Assembly: GCA_951406725.2 (NCBI GenBank)
Contig: OX597827.1
Span: 49,972,001 to 50,036,000 of the forward strand
DNA length: 64,000 nt
DNA from: Octopus vulgaris
Taxonomy: Eukaryota
Reading direction: 5' to 3'
Of this stretch, positions 1 through 11,913 are shown piece by piece. The translations under genes were made by a program, and so were the position numbers. Under the pieces are notes generated by a model. It searched no databases. It was not told the DNA's origin and was given only the letters and a program-made list of their open reading frames with translations. Numbering within the stretch: position 1 is the first letter of the stretch; each line of letters opens with the position of its first letter.

Positions 1-279
1 GTCCTCAGATCTAAACGAACATCTAAGAAGTTAGGTACTTCACAGTTGTCATTAAGTGTGATAGATAAACCTACATTTTTAAAGTGTCTCATAAGATTTA
101 TCTTAGTTACATCATAGCTAGCATTACTAGAATTACATATAAAGAGCAAAGCATCATCCTTATAAAGACTTCCTTCTAGGTTCTGAAATTCATCTTTAAT
201 AGAAGTTAATAAGTATATCCCCATTCTTTCTAGTCCAAGACTTATTAAATTTAAGGATCTTTTCAATTTGTAGTGATCC

Positions 280-314
280 TATATAACGGTGCGCGCTCGC
301 GCACCGTCCATTTC
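280..314 (+). promoter_or_regulatory. Candidate Pol II core promoter (TATA box + Inr) at the start of a CpG-rich segment (~280-700)
   Basis: TATATAA at 280-286 and Inr-like CCATTTC at 308-314 (A at 310), giving exact -30 spacing. Downstream sequence is unusually CpG-rich and has a YY1-like CGCCATCTT near 590. Could equally be an LTR or other transposon promoter. Confidence 0.35.
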
Positions 315-1332
315 TGTTTCGCGCGTGCGAGTTGGTGCTTTCACCACCGGAAGAAGGACCATTTGCCTACGTGGCAGTTTAGCCGCGAGGCAAGGGGATC
401 GTAGGACGTTGACCACCAGCGTCCAGTAGGCGGTGACTTGAGACACGGCGACCGAAGGCATCAGATGTGTAATATTCTCTCTCTGTCCGGATTTGATAGC
501 AGCAGTCAGCCTTTCATAGAAGAAGACGCGTATTATCTTCGTTTCCCCTGACATTTGTTGCCGACCACATCATCTTCTCCCTAATCGGACGCCATCTTGA
601 CCAGTGTCGTTTGCATTTGAACACTGTAAATTCTACAGCGATAAAGTTCAGCTCTGACACATACATACCAAAGGGATACCAGATACACCACTTATTTGTT
701 ACTGTCATAAGAGAATAAAGTAGATATATATTTTTTACGTCTGCGTCTTGTTGTTTCTGACTGGTAGAATCTGGATATTAAAGCAACGGAAAGTGATTGC
801 ACCAACTTGCACCCCAAAAGTGCAGAGAAGATATTCACTGCCGTTTCAAATTTCAGTCGTTTCATATAGCAAAAAGTGGAGTTTTGTCTCACTTTTTCGT
901 AGCAGTTAAATAGATCATTATTCATTCATAACTCAAGAGAAATGAGTTTTGTAGTTACGGTTTCTTCTATAACTACAGCTAGAAAGAAATTGTTTACCCG
1001 TTGAGCTGTTGTTTCTGTTGATTCTGCTCATCGATTGTGTTGTTGTTGTTGATGTTATGTCCAGCCATGTTGCTTGTAGTAACTCTCTGCATGCTAAATT
1101 CAAGTTTCAGTTGAAAATCACTACGATCGTGAATAAAAGGCTCCCTCGGTTAATTCATCTGAAGATTAACCAGTTATTTAAACAAGGCTACTAGTTGTGG
1201 CCCCAAAGTTGAAAATTGTATTCATCGTATTTTCGATAGTCTCCCACACCAAATATGCGACTCGTCACTTCGAGTATGTATGTATGTATGTATGTATGTA
1301 GGTTGGTATGTAAATATGTAGGTAGGTAGGTA

Positions 1333-1339
1333 GATAGAT

Positions 1340-1432
<93 letters not shown>
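1333..1432. repeat. (GATA)n microsatellite
   Basis: Direct reading; preceded by (TATG)n/(TAGG)n. Confidence 0.95.
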
Positions 1433-1467
1433 TTATTTTAGCAGCTAGGAGAACTATAATTAAATTT

Positions 1468-1785
1468 GGATCTTTTCAATTTCAGTCACAGATTTTTTAA
1501 TTAACTTTTTTTAACTAAACAGTTTGAAACTTCGGATACTGGTTGAATATGTCGGGCAGAACATGATTTACTCTTAACGTTTTTGACAAAATTTTGTATT
1601 TTAGAAGTTATTTCGTGTTAAAGATGTCGCATTTGTGTAATTTTAACCAATCAATTACATATATTCAGCTGAAGAAAGTTACTCCTGTTTGCGAAAGTAA
1701 CGGAAGCGCAACAACATTCGGGTTATCGGGTCATGTTTTGGACGCTGCATACATATATGTACGTAAATACACAAACACATGTATA

Positions 1786-1823
<38 letters not shown>

Positions 1824-1957
1824 CACACACACATACACACACACACATACCATTACATACACACATGCAACTTTTAGAACGCTGAGGAAAGGAAAGGGAG
1901 GTGGGTATTAAGGAGGGAGGGGTATTGTGAAGTTGACGACAGTTGTTCATTCAGTCC

Positions 1958-1998
<41 letters not shown>

Positions 1999-2874
1999 AT
2001 TCATATGTAAAGCTGATAAAACCCCCGAATAGAAGCAAGGAAAAGGAGAGGGTTTAATAAACTAATATGCAGTGGTAGGGAATTGGTAAGTTTATGTAAG
2101 CTGTCGTTCAGATCGTCCACACACCACTTCACTCTCTCCGTTCTTTCTCATCCAACTTTCTTATCTTTTATACTTTTCTCCCCCCCCCTCTCTCTCTTTC
2201 ATGACCCGATGTCCCAGAGGTTGTTGCTCTTCCATTACTTTTGCAAACAGTAGTAACTTTCTTCAGCTGAATACATGTCACTGATTGGTTAAAATGTGGA
2301 GGCGCAATGGCCCAGTGGTTAGGGCAGCGGACTCGCGGTCATAGGATCGCGGTTTCGATTCCCAGACCGGGCGTTGTGAGTATTTATTGAGCGAAAACAC
2401 CTAAAAGCTCCACGAGGCTCCAGCAGGGATGGTGGTGATCCCTGCTGTACTCTTTCACCACAACTTTCTCTCACTCTTACTTCCTGTTTCTGTTGTACCT
2501 GTATTTCAAGGGGCCGGCCTTGTCACTCTCTGTGTCACGCTGAATATCCCCGAGAACTACGTTAAGGGTGCACGTGTCTGGAGTGCTCAGCCACTTACAC
2601 GTTAATTTCACGAGCAGGCTGTTCCGTTGATTCGGATCAACCGGAACCCTCATCGTCGTAACCGACGGAGTGCTTCCATAAAAAAAAAAGATTGGTTAAA
2701 ATTACCCAAATACGACAATTTTAACACGAAATAACTTCTAAAATACAAAATTTTGTCAAAATCGTTAAGAGTAAACCGTATTCTACGTGACACATTCAAC
2801 CAGTATCCGAAGTTTCAAACTGTTCAGTTAAAAAAAGTTAATTAAAAAATCTGTGACTGATACTGAAAAGATCC
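1468..2874. mobile_element. Non-autonomous long-TIR DNA transposon (GGATCTTTTC termini; probably Merlin-like)
   Basis: The ~270-bp arm at 1468-1735 is the reverse complement of 2200-2295 plus 2703-2874 (right arm split by a SINE). Same GGATC...GATCC termini as 30847 and 31688. Confidence 0.75.
2296..2689 (+). mobile_element. tRNA-derived SINE, family A, full length
   Basis: tRNA-like head with A box TGGCCCAGTGG and B box GTTTCGATTCC; A-rich tail; 13-bp TSD GATTGGTTAAAAT at 2283-2295 and 2690-2702. Confidence 0.9.
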
Positions 2875-2936
2875 CATACGTAGAACATAGAAAGAAGGTT
2901 AGTAACTGTAACTTTTATTAAGAAATCGAAAATTAA

Positions 2937-3157
2937 CTATTTCGTTACTCTATTTATGTTGAGATGCTCTGTGTTTCTTTAAATTATTTTAAATATAACA
3001 AAGAATTAAGTAAAATAACTTAGTCATCATTAAGCTAGTGTTAGAAACATAAATTGTGACCAAGGTTTGGTGGAAGATTTTAATTTGAAACTTATGAAAA
3101 CAAGACATTTGTACTACAGAGCCAGAGCCGGTTTCAGCCGGGTTGGTAATGAAAGGG
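2937..3157 (+). mobile_element. piggyBac-type MITE (~220 bp), degraded ends
   Basis: Same body as 8441-8660; TTAA on the left, GAAAGGG right end. Confidence 0.75.
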
Positions 3158-3732
3158 TCTTCCCAACTCTATAAACAAAAACGAAAACGTGAATGATATA
3201 TGACCACCACGTGGCTTCGCAGATAGCGACATCCCAACAGATTCCATAGTGTCTGCCAGCCAAACTACATTACTGGTTCAAGTAACTGACCACTGTCACC
3301 TTTCTACGATTATGGTAAATAGCAGACACAACCACAACGATTATTGTAGTAGTAGAGTGGTAGTCTGGATTATATGCCAGCAAAATGTGCCCTTACTGAA
3401 ATTTTCTGAGAAAAAATAACTTTGGCTTTGAAGGACTCTCTTAAGGAGTTAGGCATTTACTTACACAAGATCAAGCACTCCAATTATTATTGATGTAAAT
3501 GCAAATTTGTAATCTGGATATAGAAGCTGGTGGTTTCAAAACAGTTATCTATAGTTATCTTCTTTCTCTTCAATTTTCAAGGAGATATTCACATTAGCAG
3601 GACAGCTGACCTCTGTGATGGTACATACTTTTTCTTATCTGTCTCAACAATATTTGGTCTGTTGTGCTTAAACTTGACAGATATTTTGATGAGAATATTC
3701 CACCAGTTTTCCTTGCGCTGATATTTGTGTAT

Positions 3733-3955
3733 GTGCCGGTGGCATGCCGTGCCAGTGGTACGTAAAAAGCACCCACTACACTCTCGGAGTGGTTGGCATT
3801 AGGAAGGGTATCCAGCTGTAGAAACTCTACCAAATCAAGATTGGAGCCTGGTGCAGCCATCTGGTTCACCAGCCCTCAGTCAAAATCGTCCAACCCATGC
3901 TAGCATGGAAAGCGGACGTTAAACGATGATAATGATGATGATGATGATGATGATT
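3733..3955 (+). mobile_element. RTE LINE 3' end, 5'-truncated
   Basis: Ends ...CCATGCTAGCATGG...GGACGTTAAAC(GAT)n, the same 3' end that follows the RTE ORF at 27596-28748. Confidence 0.85.
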
Positions 3956-3964
3956 CAATGGGGG

Positions 3965-4640
3965 ATTCTCTATATCTATTCCAGGACAGTATTTTTTCTG
4001 AATGGCATTGTATATTGTTTTTGCGACAATGTTATGTTGCATAGAGGAGAAAGTATTTGGGGGCATCTGCTAATCATATGTGTGATGTCTTCCACAGTAA
4101 TATGATATAATCTACATTTTTGGTTGCATCTTGGCACTCCACAGGCTTCACTGTCTCTTGCTGATTTGGTATTTAGTAGTAACCTCCTGTTCTTAGATTG
4201 CAAATACATAGCCTTCAAAGTGTGATGTGATGTAGCGGTCAGAAGTCCAAAACAGGCTTTGCTTCATGTCAATGTTACTTTCTTCTTCAAGTCTTTGGGA
4301 AACATACCCACGCACAGTCTACTTTTGGATATGTTGAAGGTTTCACCTTCAGGTCTTCTTTGAGGTTAGTCTAGCTCTTTGGGGATTGTGTAGGAAGTTA
4401 TCAGGAAGAGAGTGCTTCCTTAGAAGCCTGCTGTTGACACATAGGATATTGGCTTCTTCACTTTTCAGAACTTACAGAATGTATTTATCTTTTCTGATAA
4501 ACATATATAAAAAGTAAATCTCTTTAAGTCCGGAAATATAAAATATTACAAATTCTATTCAAAGACTATTCAAAGGCTGTCTGCATTAACCTTAAGCCTC
4601 TACCACCTTCATTTCTTCTTTGGTAGAACCTGTTGATATC
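3965..4640 (-). mobile_element. R4/Dong-clade non-LTR retrotransposon fragment (pseudogenised)
   Basis: Minus strand reads DINRFYQRRNEGGRGL, HFEGYVFAI*EQE and KCRLYHITVEDITHMISRC...HNIVAK, motifs between the RT and the CCHC/RLE region; stops and frameshifts present. Confidence 0.7.
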
Positions 4641-5369
4641 ATTACATGCATGAATGTATCATTTCATTTCATCTAGTTTCAGCTCACGAGGTGTGGCCAT
4701 GCTGGGGCACCGCCATTCTGTATCTATGTGTTTCATAAAATTTATGATTGTGCTCAAGTTTTAGTTTCAAATTTTAGATTTTATGTAACAGGTCATGCTT
4801 CAGTGAAGTAAAATGTTGATTTACTGATGTTAAAGAGAAACATTGTGTGATTGTGTACATAACAATCTGAGAGACAAGGGCTTTTTGTCACTACATGCCT
4901 ATAGATGTGAAATTGTATATTGATAAGAGAGAAGGGGAGGACTGTGAAAGAATGTGGAACAGATGTAGCTTATTGTATTGTAGAAAATATTATTTTTGCT
5001 GTTGTTTAACCCATGTCAAATCTGACTCAACAAAAAAACTACTATAATCCACTGCTTCTCTTGGATGTTGCATGTTTCTCCCTACATGTTTTTTTTAAAG
5101 ATGGTAGGTTGCAATTTGAAAGATATTTTGTTGCTATTTCTATTAGATTCAGAAAGTGTGTAGTATATGCTCCATTTAAAAACAATGTAAGAATATATTG
5201 TGCATCCGTGCATGAAAATGTATCAGAGAAAGAAATAGATAAATAATAGACAGACAGAGGTGAGTGGGGAGAAGTAGAAAGTGAATTGTCATCATCATCA
5301 TTGTTTCACACAGTGTCAAGATAAGAAGACACAAACACACATCTGTCTGTCTGTCTGTTTGTTTGTTTG

Positions 5370-5417
<48 letters not shown>

Positions 5418-5423
5418 CACACA

Positions 5424-5575
5424 CACAATGGACTCTTTCAGTTTCCATCTGCCAAATCCATGCACAAAGCTTTGGTTGCCCCAAGACTATAGTAGTAGAC
5501 ACTTGCCCAAGGTGCCATCCAGTGAGACAAAACCTGGAACCAAACTTCTTAACCACACAGCTATACCAGTACCTA
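5424..5575 (-). mobile_element. SINE family B, partial
   Basis: Reverse complement of the GGCACCTTGGGCAAGTGTC...GGATTTGG..GACGGAAACTGAAAG core. Confidence 0.75.
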
Positions 5576-6491
5576 TGTATTGTGTAATATACAGCCATGT
5601 CAGAAAGAATTTTAGATAATAAATAATAATGAATAAATGAATTTATTAATCCAATTTACATTGAATATTTTTTTATCAAATAAATAAAGATTACAAAAAA
5701 AACTTTATTTCAGAAATTGCATAAAAAATCAGAGCCCCTTGGCAGCTTGGCTGATTTGGGCAAGTTGGCAGGGGGTCAAAAATAAAAAATAAATAGGTCA
5801 ATAATTATAAAAAAAAAGAAACATCTTTTGCATGCAATCAAGGCAGTCAAAAACGTATATAAAAAGTAAATCTCTTTAAGTCTGGAAATATAAAATATTA
5901 CAAATGTTATAAATACTGTATAAATAAAGTTTATAAATGTGTTTGGTTCAGAAGAATGTCGGTTTTTAATATTTTGAAATTTGACAGCGAAAAAATGTTT
6001 TTTTAGCTAAACAATAACAAGAAACAAAGAAATGTTCTGTGTAAATGTAAATTGCTTATGAATATCTGTGAATTGATACTTTAATGTGTAAAAAAACAAT
6101 AATATTGTACGTGGTACAAGAAAATGTAAGATCACACAATTTTATTTTTGATTATTTGGTTTGTACAAAAATTATGCATGTACATAACTGTATGCATGCG
6201 TATATGTGTGTTTTTTGTAAGTACGTGTGTGTGCATGCATGTGTGTGTGTGTATTTTATGTCTGTTTTACTATGTTTCCATAGGTCTGATGGTCTTCTCT
6301 GTGACATGACCCCACTACTTGTTGCAGTTCTTTCTCACATTCTTTTGGAAATTTATCTCCTGTGATAAACTTTCACAAGTTTTCCTTGATCTTCCCTGTA
6401 TTTCCTTTTCTGAAATTTCCTTCCGCCTGGATTGGTGTGTACTTCTTTAATCAACCGACATCACATATTTGTGCAAGTTCAACCTTATCTA

Positions 6492-7627
6492 TGAGGTGGT
6501 GTCAAAAAGTTCCTGGACTAGTTCTATAACATGCCAACAGATGGCAGCACACAATTGCATGTGCAGTGAGAGCTACCAGTGACCTTCATAAGACAGTGAG
6601 CCAAGTGGTATTGCTGTGTTTACAAGGTAGCGAGCTGGCAGAAATGTTAGCACGCCGGGCGAAATGCGTAGCCGTATTTCGTCTGCTGTTACGTTCTGGG
6701 TTCAAATTCCGCCGAGGTTGACTTTGCCTTTCATCCTTTCAGGGTCCATTAAATAAGTACCAGTTACACACTGGGGTCAATATAATCGACTTGATCCGTT
6801 TGTCTGTCCTTGTTTGTCCCCTCTGTGTTTAGCCCCTTGTGGGTAGTAAAGAAATAGGTATTACTGTGTTTACTTTGCATGTTGTAAAATTTGTATTTTT
6901 GTAATCACGTGTATGCTGTAGTCTGATTTTTGTCATGGACATGAAGTCAGAACAAAGAGCCAATGTGAAATTTTGCATTAAACTTGGGAAGTCTGCTACA
7001 GAGACATTGAGCCATACTTCAGCAAGCTTATGGCAATGAGGCAATGGATTGTATGCTGTGTTTCGAGTGGCACTTCAAAAGGCATGACAGAGCCACAGCT
7101 CAGTCAAGAGCATGCTCATTGTTTCTTCGACTTTCATGCATCTAGAATTTGTCCTCCAGGGCCAGGCTGTCAATTGAGAGTTTTACTGCAACATTTTGAA
7201 GCATCTGAGGGAGGTCTTTCAGCAAAAGTGACCAAATTTGTGGAGCGCAAAGAATTGTATTCTTCATGACAACAATGCACTCTGTCACTGACCTCTCCTC
7301 ACTCATGAGTTTCTCACCAAAAGCAGCATGGTATCACTTCCACATCTGCCCTATTAACTAGATTTAGCACCTGTGGGCTTCCATCTCTTCCCTATGATGA
7401 AAATGCAGCTCAAAGGTCACTGGTTTAACACCATTGTTGAGATCAAGAATGAATTGCAGAAAGTCCTTGACTCGCTTATGGCAAATGACTTCTAGGCTGG
7501 ATTTCAAAAGTGGCAGGAACACTGGAACTGGTGTATTGCTGTGCAAAGGAGATGATGTTAAAACTTAGGTAAATAACTTATCTTTTATTTCACATAACTA
7601 GTCTGAGAACTCTTTGATACTACCTTG
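6492..7627 (+). mobile_element. Mariner transposon, internally deleted, pseudogenised transposase
   Basis: TA-flanked imperfect TIRs. Translation gives MKSEQRANVKFCIKLGKSATETL..QQAYGNEAM..CFEWH, HDNNA and PY*LDLAPVGFHLFP.MK..LKG.WF (YSPDLAP motif). Confidence 0.9.
6624..6856 (+). mobile_element. SINE family C (Meta-domain-like core) nested in the mariner
   Basis: GAGCTGGCAGAA...GTTCAAATTCC head and GACTTTGCCTTTCATCC...AAGTACCAG core; 17-bp TSD GGTATT(G/A)CTGTGTTTAC at 6607-6623 and 6857-6873. Confidence 0.85.
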
Positions 7628-8440
7628 TATTGCACACTACTTCTGATTTCCTCACATACTCAGTTTTCTACATTTCATTAGTGCTCTGACTTCCAGGACA
7701 CCCTTTGTCACAGCTAATTTGGTTTCCTAATTAATGAAGGCTGTTATCTATTTCTAGGGAGCTTTCTGACTATTTAAAGAATTTATTTTCAAGGGTGCTT
7801 TTAATACTAATTACTCCCATATCTGCTACATATGAAGTCATGTTTTAATTTTCACTAATTTGCTATTTTGGAAATTAAATTTTTTATGTTAAAATCTTAG
7901 TCAATGTCACATCAGCTAAGTTAATTAGGACCAAATACATATCATCATCATCATCATCATCATCATTTAACGTCTATTGTCCATGCAGAACACGAGCAAA
8001 TCTCTTACTTTCTACCTCCAGTTACAATAATGGGTATTCCAATAACTCAATCAACTGAACAACTGTATTAGCATGTGACTAAGTATTCTACAGATATATA
8101 TACCCTTAATGTTATGTTCAGGCACACTCATCATAACATAGTGTTTGATAAGGGAAGCCCTTTGAGATGCAAAAATCAATCCATTGCACAGTTCCTTTCA
8201 CACAGCATAGGTCAACTGGAGACTCTGGTAAATGACACTTACCCAAGATATTTCACAATGGGATAAAATCTCAGGGGTTTGATTTCATGTGTGTTTGATG
8301 TGTACACACATACACACACACACACACCAGCATACATGCCAAACAGTCCCTAAAAGATGAGCTGAATTCAAAGGATTACACCAAATCACACTTAACATAT
8401 TACATTGCCCATGAGCTTTTGAAATGAAAACATTCCTTAA

Positions 8441-8660
8441 CCCTTTTGTTACTGTATTTATTTTGAGATGCTTTGTGTTTCTTTCAATTATTTTAAATAT
8501 AACAAAGAATTTAGTAAAATAACTTAGTTATCATTCAGCTAGTGTTAGGAACATAAATTGTGACTAAGGTTTGGTGGAAGATTTTAATACAGAACTTATG
8601 AAAACAAGACGTTTGTACTCAGAGCCAGAGCCAGTTTCAGCCGGGTTGGTAATGAAAGGG
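8441..8660 (+). mobile_element. piggyBac-type MITE
   Basis: TTAA|CCCTTT...AAAGGG|TTAA: TTAA TSD and CCC/GGG termini. Confidence 0.9.
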
Positions 8661-8825
8661 TTAATTGTTAATTTGCCTTTGCATCACCATTACAATATTT
8701 GTGTAGGAATTGGCAAGCCCATCCTTCTATACAACATTAACGAAACTAAAAATGTTCAAGTGCAAGTAATAAATAAAGTAAAATAGTTCAAGTGATAGTC
8801 AGTTGTAGCTGTTTCCTTCTTTTAA

Positions 8826-9046
8826 CCCTTTCGTCACCAACCCGGCTGAAACCGGCTCTGGCTCTGAGTACAAATGTCTTATTTTCATAAGTTTTGAATT
8901 AAAATCTTCCACCAAACTTTAGTCACAATTTATGTTCCTAAAACTAGCTGAATGATAACTAAGTTATTTTACTAAATTCTTAGTTATATTTAAAGTAATT
9001 GAAAAAAAACACTGAGCATCTCAAAATAAATACGGTAACGAAAGGG
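8826..9046 (-). mobile_element. piggyBac-type MITE, inverted relative to 8441-8660
   Basis: TTAA-flanked; reverse complement of the preceding copy. Confidence 0.9.
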
Positions 9047-9082
9047 TTAAATTAGTAATTCATTCAAGAAAAACAGAAACTA

Positions 9083-9156
9083 CTCTCATAAATTTAATGC
9101 TTACATAAGCAAATGATTTATCTCTCATAAATTTAATGCTTATATAAGCAAATGAT
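9083..9156. repeat. Tandem duplication, 39-bp period
   Basis: CTCTCATAAATTTAATGCTTA(C/T)ATAAGCAAATGAT occurs twice. Confidence 0.85.
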
Positions 9157-9632
9157 GCATGAATACAGTTCAGTGTCTTTTATTCATGTGTAAAACTAAA
9201 TGAAACGTTGAGATGTAATACTTTTTGAAGGACAGAGTGTAAAAGAGTTCAAATTACTTCCGCTAGAAAATGAAATCTTTTCCTTATTGCCTGATAAGTG
9301 TTAATGACATATTTATTAATTAATTAATGGTTCAGAATTGACACTGCTCAAGCATACAGAATCTAGTGAAAGAGTTAATTTTCACATTCAATTGGATTCA
9401 GTAATACTCTTGGGAAAGTTACACTTCCTCATTTCCTTTTCACTCAGATTTTGCTGATTTCACTGAGAAGTTATTTAACTTCGTTTTTAGATTTGGTTTG
9501 CAAGATTCTTTATATGAGTTCGTGTGTTGAAGCATATTCTGTTGTGTCTGGGGAGAGTCATTTTCTTTTTGTGCCTTATTATTTAACACACTCACCAGTA
9601 AAATTTTCACTTTTTTTCTTATTTTAATTTTC

Positions 9633-9669
9633 CTAAAATTTTCGTTGCGTCTTGCAACCTTTTCAATAG
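9633..9669 (-). ncRNA. Minimal type-I hammerhead ribozyme motif, U3-A8 variant, in a Penelope-like fragment (~9490-9680)
   Basis: Minus strand: cta TTGAAAA G GTTGC aagac GCAAC GAAA AT TT tag. Helix I cta/tag; helix II 5 bp; helix III palindrome AATT. Confidence 0.5.
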
Positions 9670-9830
9670 TTTTGACTCTCGTTTAATTTATTTTCCTTTT
9701 AGCAGAAAGATATGTTTAGAGATGAAAACTTCGTAGCCCACTAAGTGATATCTAACTTCTAGACAGATATTCACCTCAATATAATCTCTAGAATTCAACA
9801 AGACTATAGTAGTTGTCTGTTATAACATGT

Positions 9831-10134
9831 TGTTTGTTCCTTCTTAGGCCATGCCTGGCTCATAAGGGCCGGTTTCCCGGTTTCTTGGCGTATAGTTACC
9901 CCACCTGGACGGGACACCAGTCCATCACAGGTGAGCTACAAGATGCAGGAGGAAAGAGTGAGAGAAAGTTGTGGCGAAAGAGTCAGCAGAAGTTTCGCCA
10001 TTACCTTCTGCCAGAGCCGCGTGGAGCTTAGGTGTTTCGCTCATAAACACACACATCGTCCCGTCTGAGATTCGAACCCACGATCCCTTGACCGTGAATC
10101 TGCTGCTCTAACCACTAGGCCATGTGCCTCCACC
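9831..10134 (-). mobile_element. tRNA-derived SINE, family A subfamily 2
   Basis: Minus-strand tRNA head (TGGCCTAGTGG, GGTTCGAATC); 12-bp TSD GTTATAACATGT at 9819-9830 and 10135-10146. Confidence 0.9.
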
Positions 10135-10451
10135 GTTATAACATGTGAAAAAGAAAAGTGGGATGTAAACTGGCAAAGGAATATCCAACTTCTGACAGAT
10201 GCTATGTTGCATGCAAGTCTAAATCATACATACTAGGAAATAAATGGAAAAGCTAAACTGTTTTAATAGTGACAGAGGCAGTGTTTATCTCCGTGCTAAT
10301 GATATAAACAAAAGAAAATTATTTCCCTGCTAACAATATAAACAAGAGTGCACTTTGCTCCCAAAAGCAAAAATGGGAGTTTGTCTCATGGTATCTCTGC
10401 AGCATAGTTTGTTCTCACAGAACATCCACATCTAAGTGTGATAAATATTGC

Positions 10452-10625
10452 TATGAGTGGCTGTGTGGTAAGTAGCTTGCTTACCAACCACATGGTTCCG
10501 GGTTCGTTCCCACTGCATGGCACCTTGGGCAAATGTCTTCTACTATAGCCTCGGGCTGACCAAAGGCTTGTGAGTGGATTTGGTAGAAGGAAACTGAAAG
10601 AAGCCCGTCGTATATATGTATATAT
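10452..10625 (+). mobile_element. SINE family B, 5' half
   Basis: GAGTGGCTGTGTGGTAAG...GGCACCTTGGGCAA...GAAAGAAGCCCGTCG. Confidence 0.85.
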
Positions 10626-11693
10626 GAATCTAGAGTTAAAATAATTGATTATATTCACTGTTTCTAAAACAAAGCTAGAAATCAATGTCTATCATTCAAA
10701 GGCAATCATAGGATATTTATGGGAGAGTTTGTAGGAGGGCTTAGGCAAGTTCAATTGAAGTAAGAAAATAAGAGTATTTCTTTGATTATAAGCAAACCAA
10801 ACTTGATAACTCAACTTTCTCTCTTTGCCTCATGCTCAGATGAAGGGCAGAGACTAGAAACATCATATTATTCACTCTAAATGGCAGCTGGATTTGCCCG
10901 AGCTCTTCCACGAGCTCATCTGTGGGCTAACTGTTACTGATGCAAAACATCATGAGTTTTCTGAGATTTTTAGATATATATGATTCCAAGTTAAACAATC
11001 GGAATTTTCAGCAACCTTTAAAACAAATGCAAGCTGACTCAGTCGTCTAATTTAGATAAAATACATATTAGTTAAATAGTAAATTATTATTCATTTTTAC
11101 CCTCTTAACTAATTTTGCATGACCATAATGAATAAGCTAATGAAATTGCTTCTGTGAGGTCACTTGACTTGCTAGAAAAAGCAGCTAAATCTCTCTTAGA
11201 TTGCACCCTACCATCTTTAAAAAAGAACACCTTGGATAGTATTGTCTAGGTAAACTATGTTTTGAAAGAAATTGAAATGGTCATGGCTGGATTGCCTTTG
11301 ATCATAGGATTAGGGTTGATTAGGGATGATTAGGGCTAAACAACAACAACAACACTATCGTAACATATCAGGAGCTATTTTTAGAGTAGCTGATAGAAAT
11401 CGCAACATTTAAGCTTTTTCCTAAACTTTAGCAACAGCAACATAAATTATATAAACTATAACCAAAAGATTGATATAAATGATATAAACTATAACCAGAG
11501 ACTGAAACAAGTTGTAGGGTTGGTTCTTTTTAAAGCTTACACTCTGCTATAGGTCTCTGACTTGGTACAATGATCTCTATTGACTTTAGAATGATCTCTG
11601 ATAGGATTTGAATTCAGGATATAGAAATGAAACTAAACACCGTAGTGCATTTAGTCTGGTCCTTTATCATGTCTGCTTACTACCTTCTTTTAA

Positions 11694-11913
11694 CCCTTTC
11701 GTTACTGTATTTATTTTGAGATGCTCTGTTTTTCTTTCAATTACTTTAAATATAACAAAGAATTTAGTAAAATAACTTAGTTATCATTCAGTTAGTGTTA
11801 GGAACATAAATTGTGACTAAGGTTTGGTGGAAGATTTTAATTAAAAACTTATGAAAACAAGACATTTGTACTGAGAGCCAGAGCCAGTTTCAGCCGGGTT
11901 GGTATCGAAAGGG
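11694..11913 (+). mobile_element. piggyBac-type MITE
   Basis: TTAA|CCCTTTCG...CGAAAGGG|TTAA. Confidence 0.9.

Noticed and set aside
1009-1194. Hydrophobic ORF as a signal-peptide exon of the IGFBP7-like gene
   Set aside because: It starts at TTG, the hydrophobicity comes from (GTT)n, and no IB-domain cysteine pattern follows.
2296-2375. tRNA-Arg-like gene
   Set aside because: It is the head of a SINE with body, tail and TSD.
10836-10866. Hammerhead-like CAGATGA AGGG...GAAAC ATC
   Set aside because: Core and helices are too degenerate to support a call.
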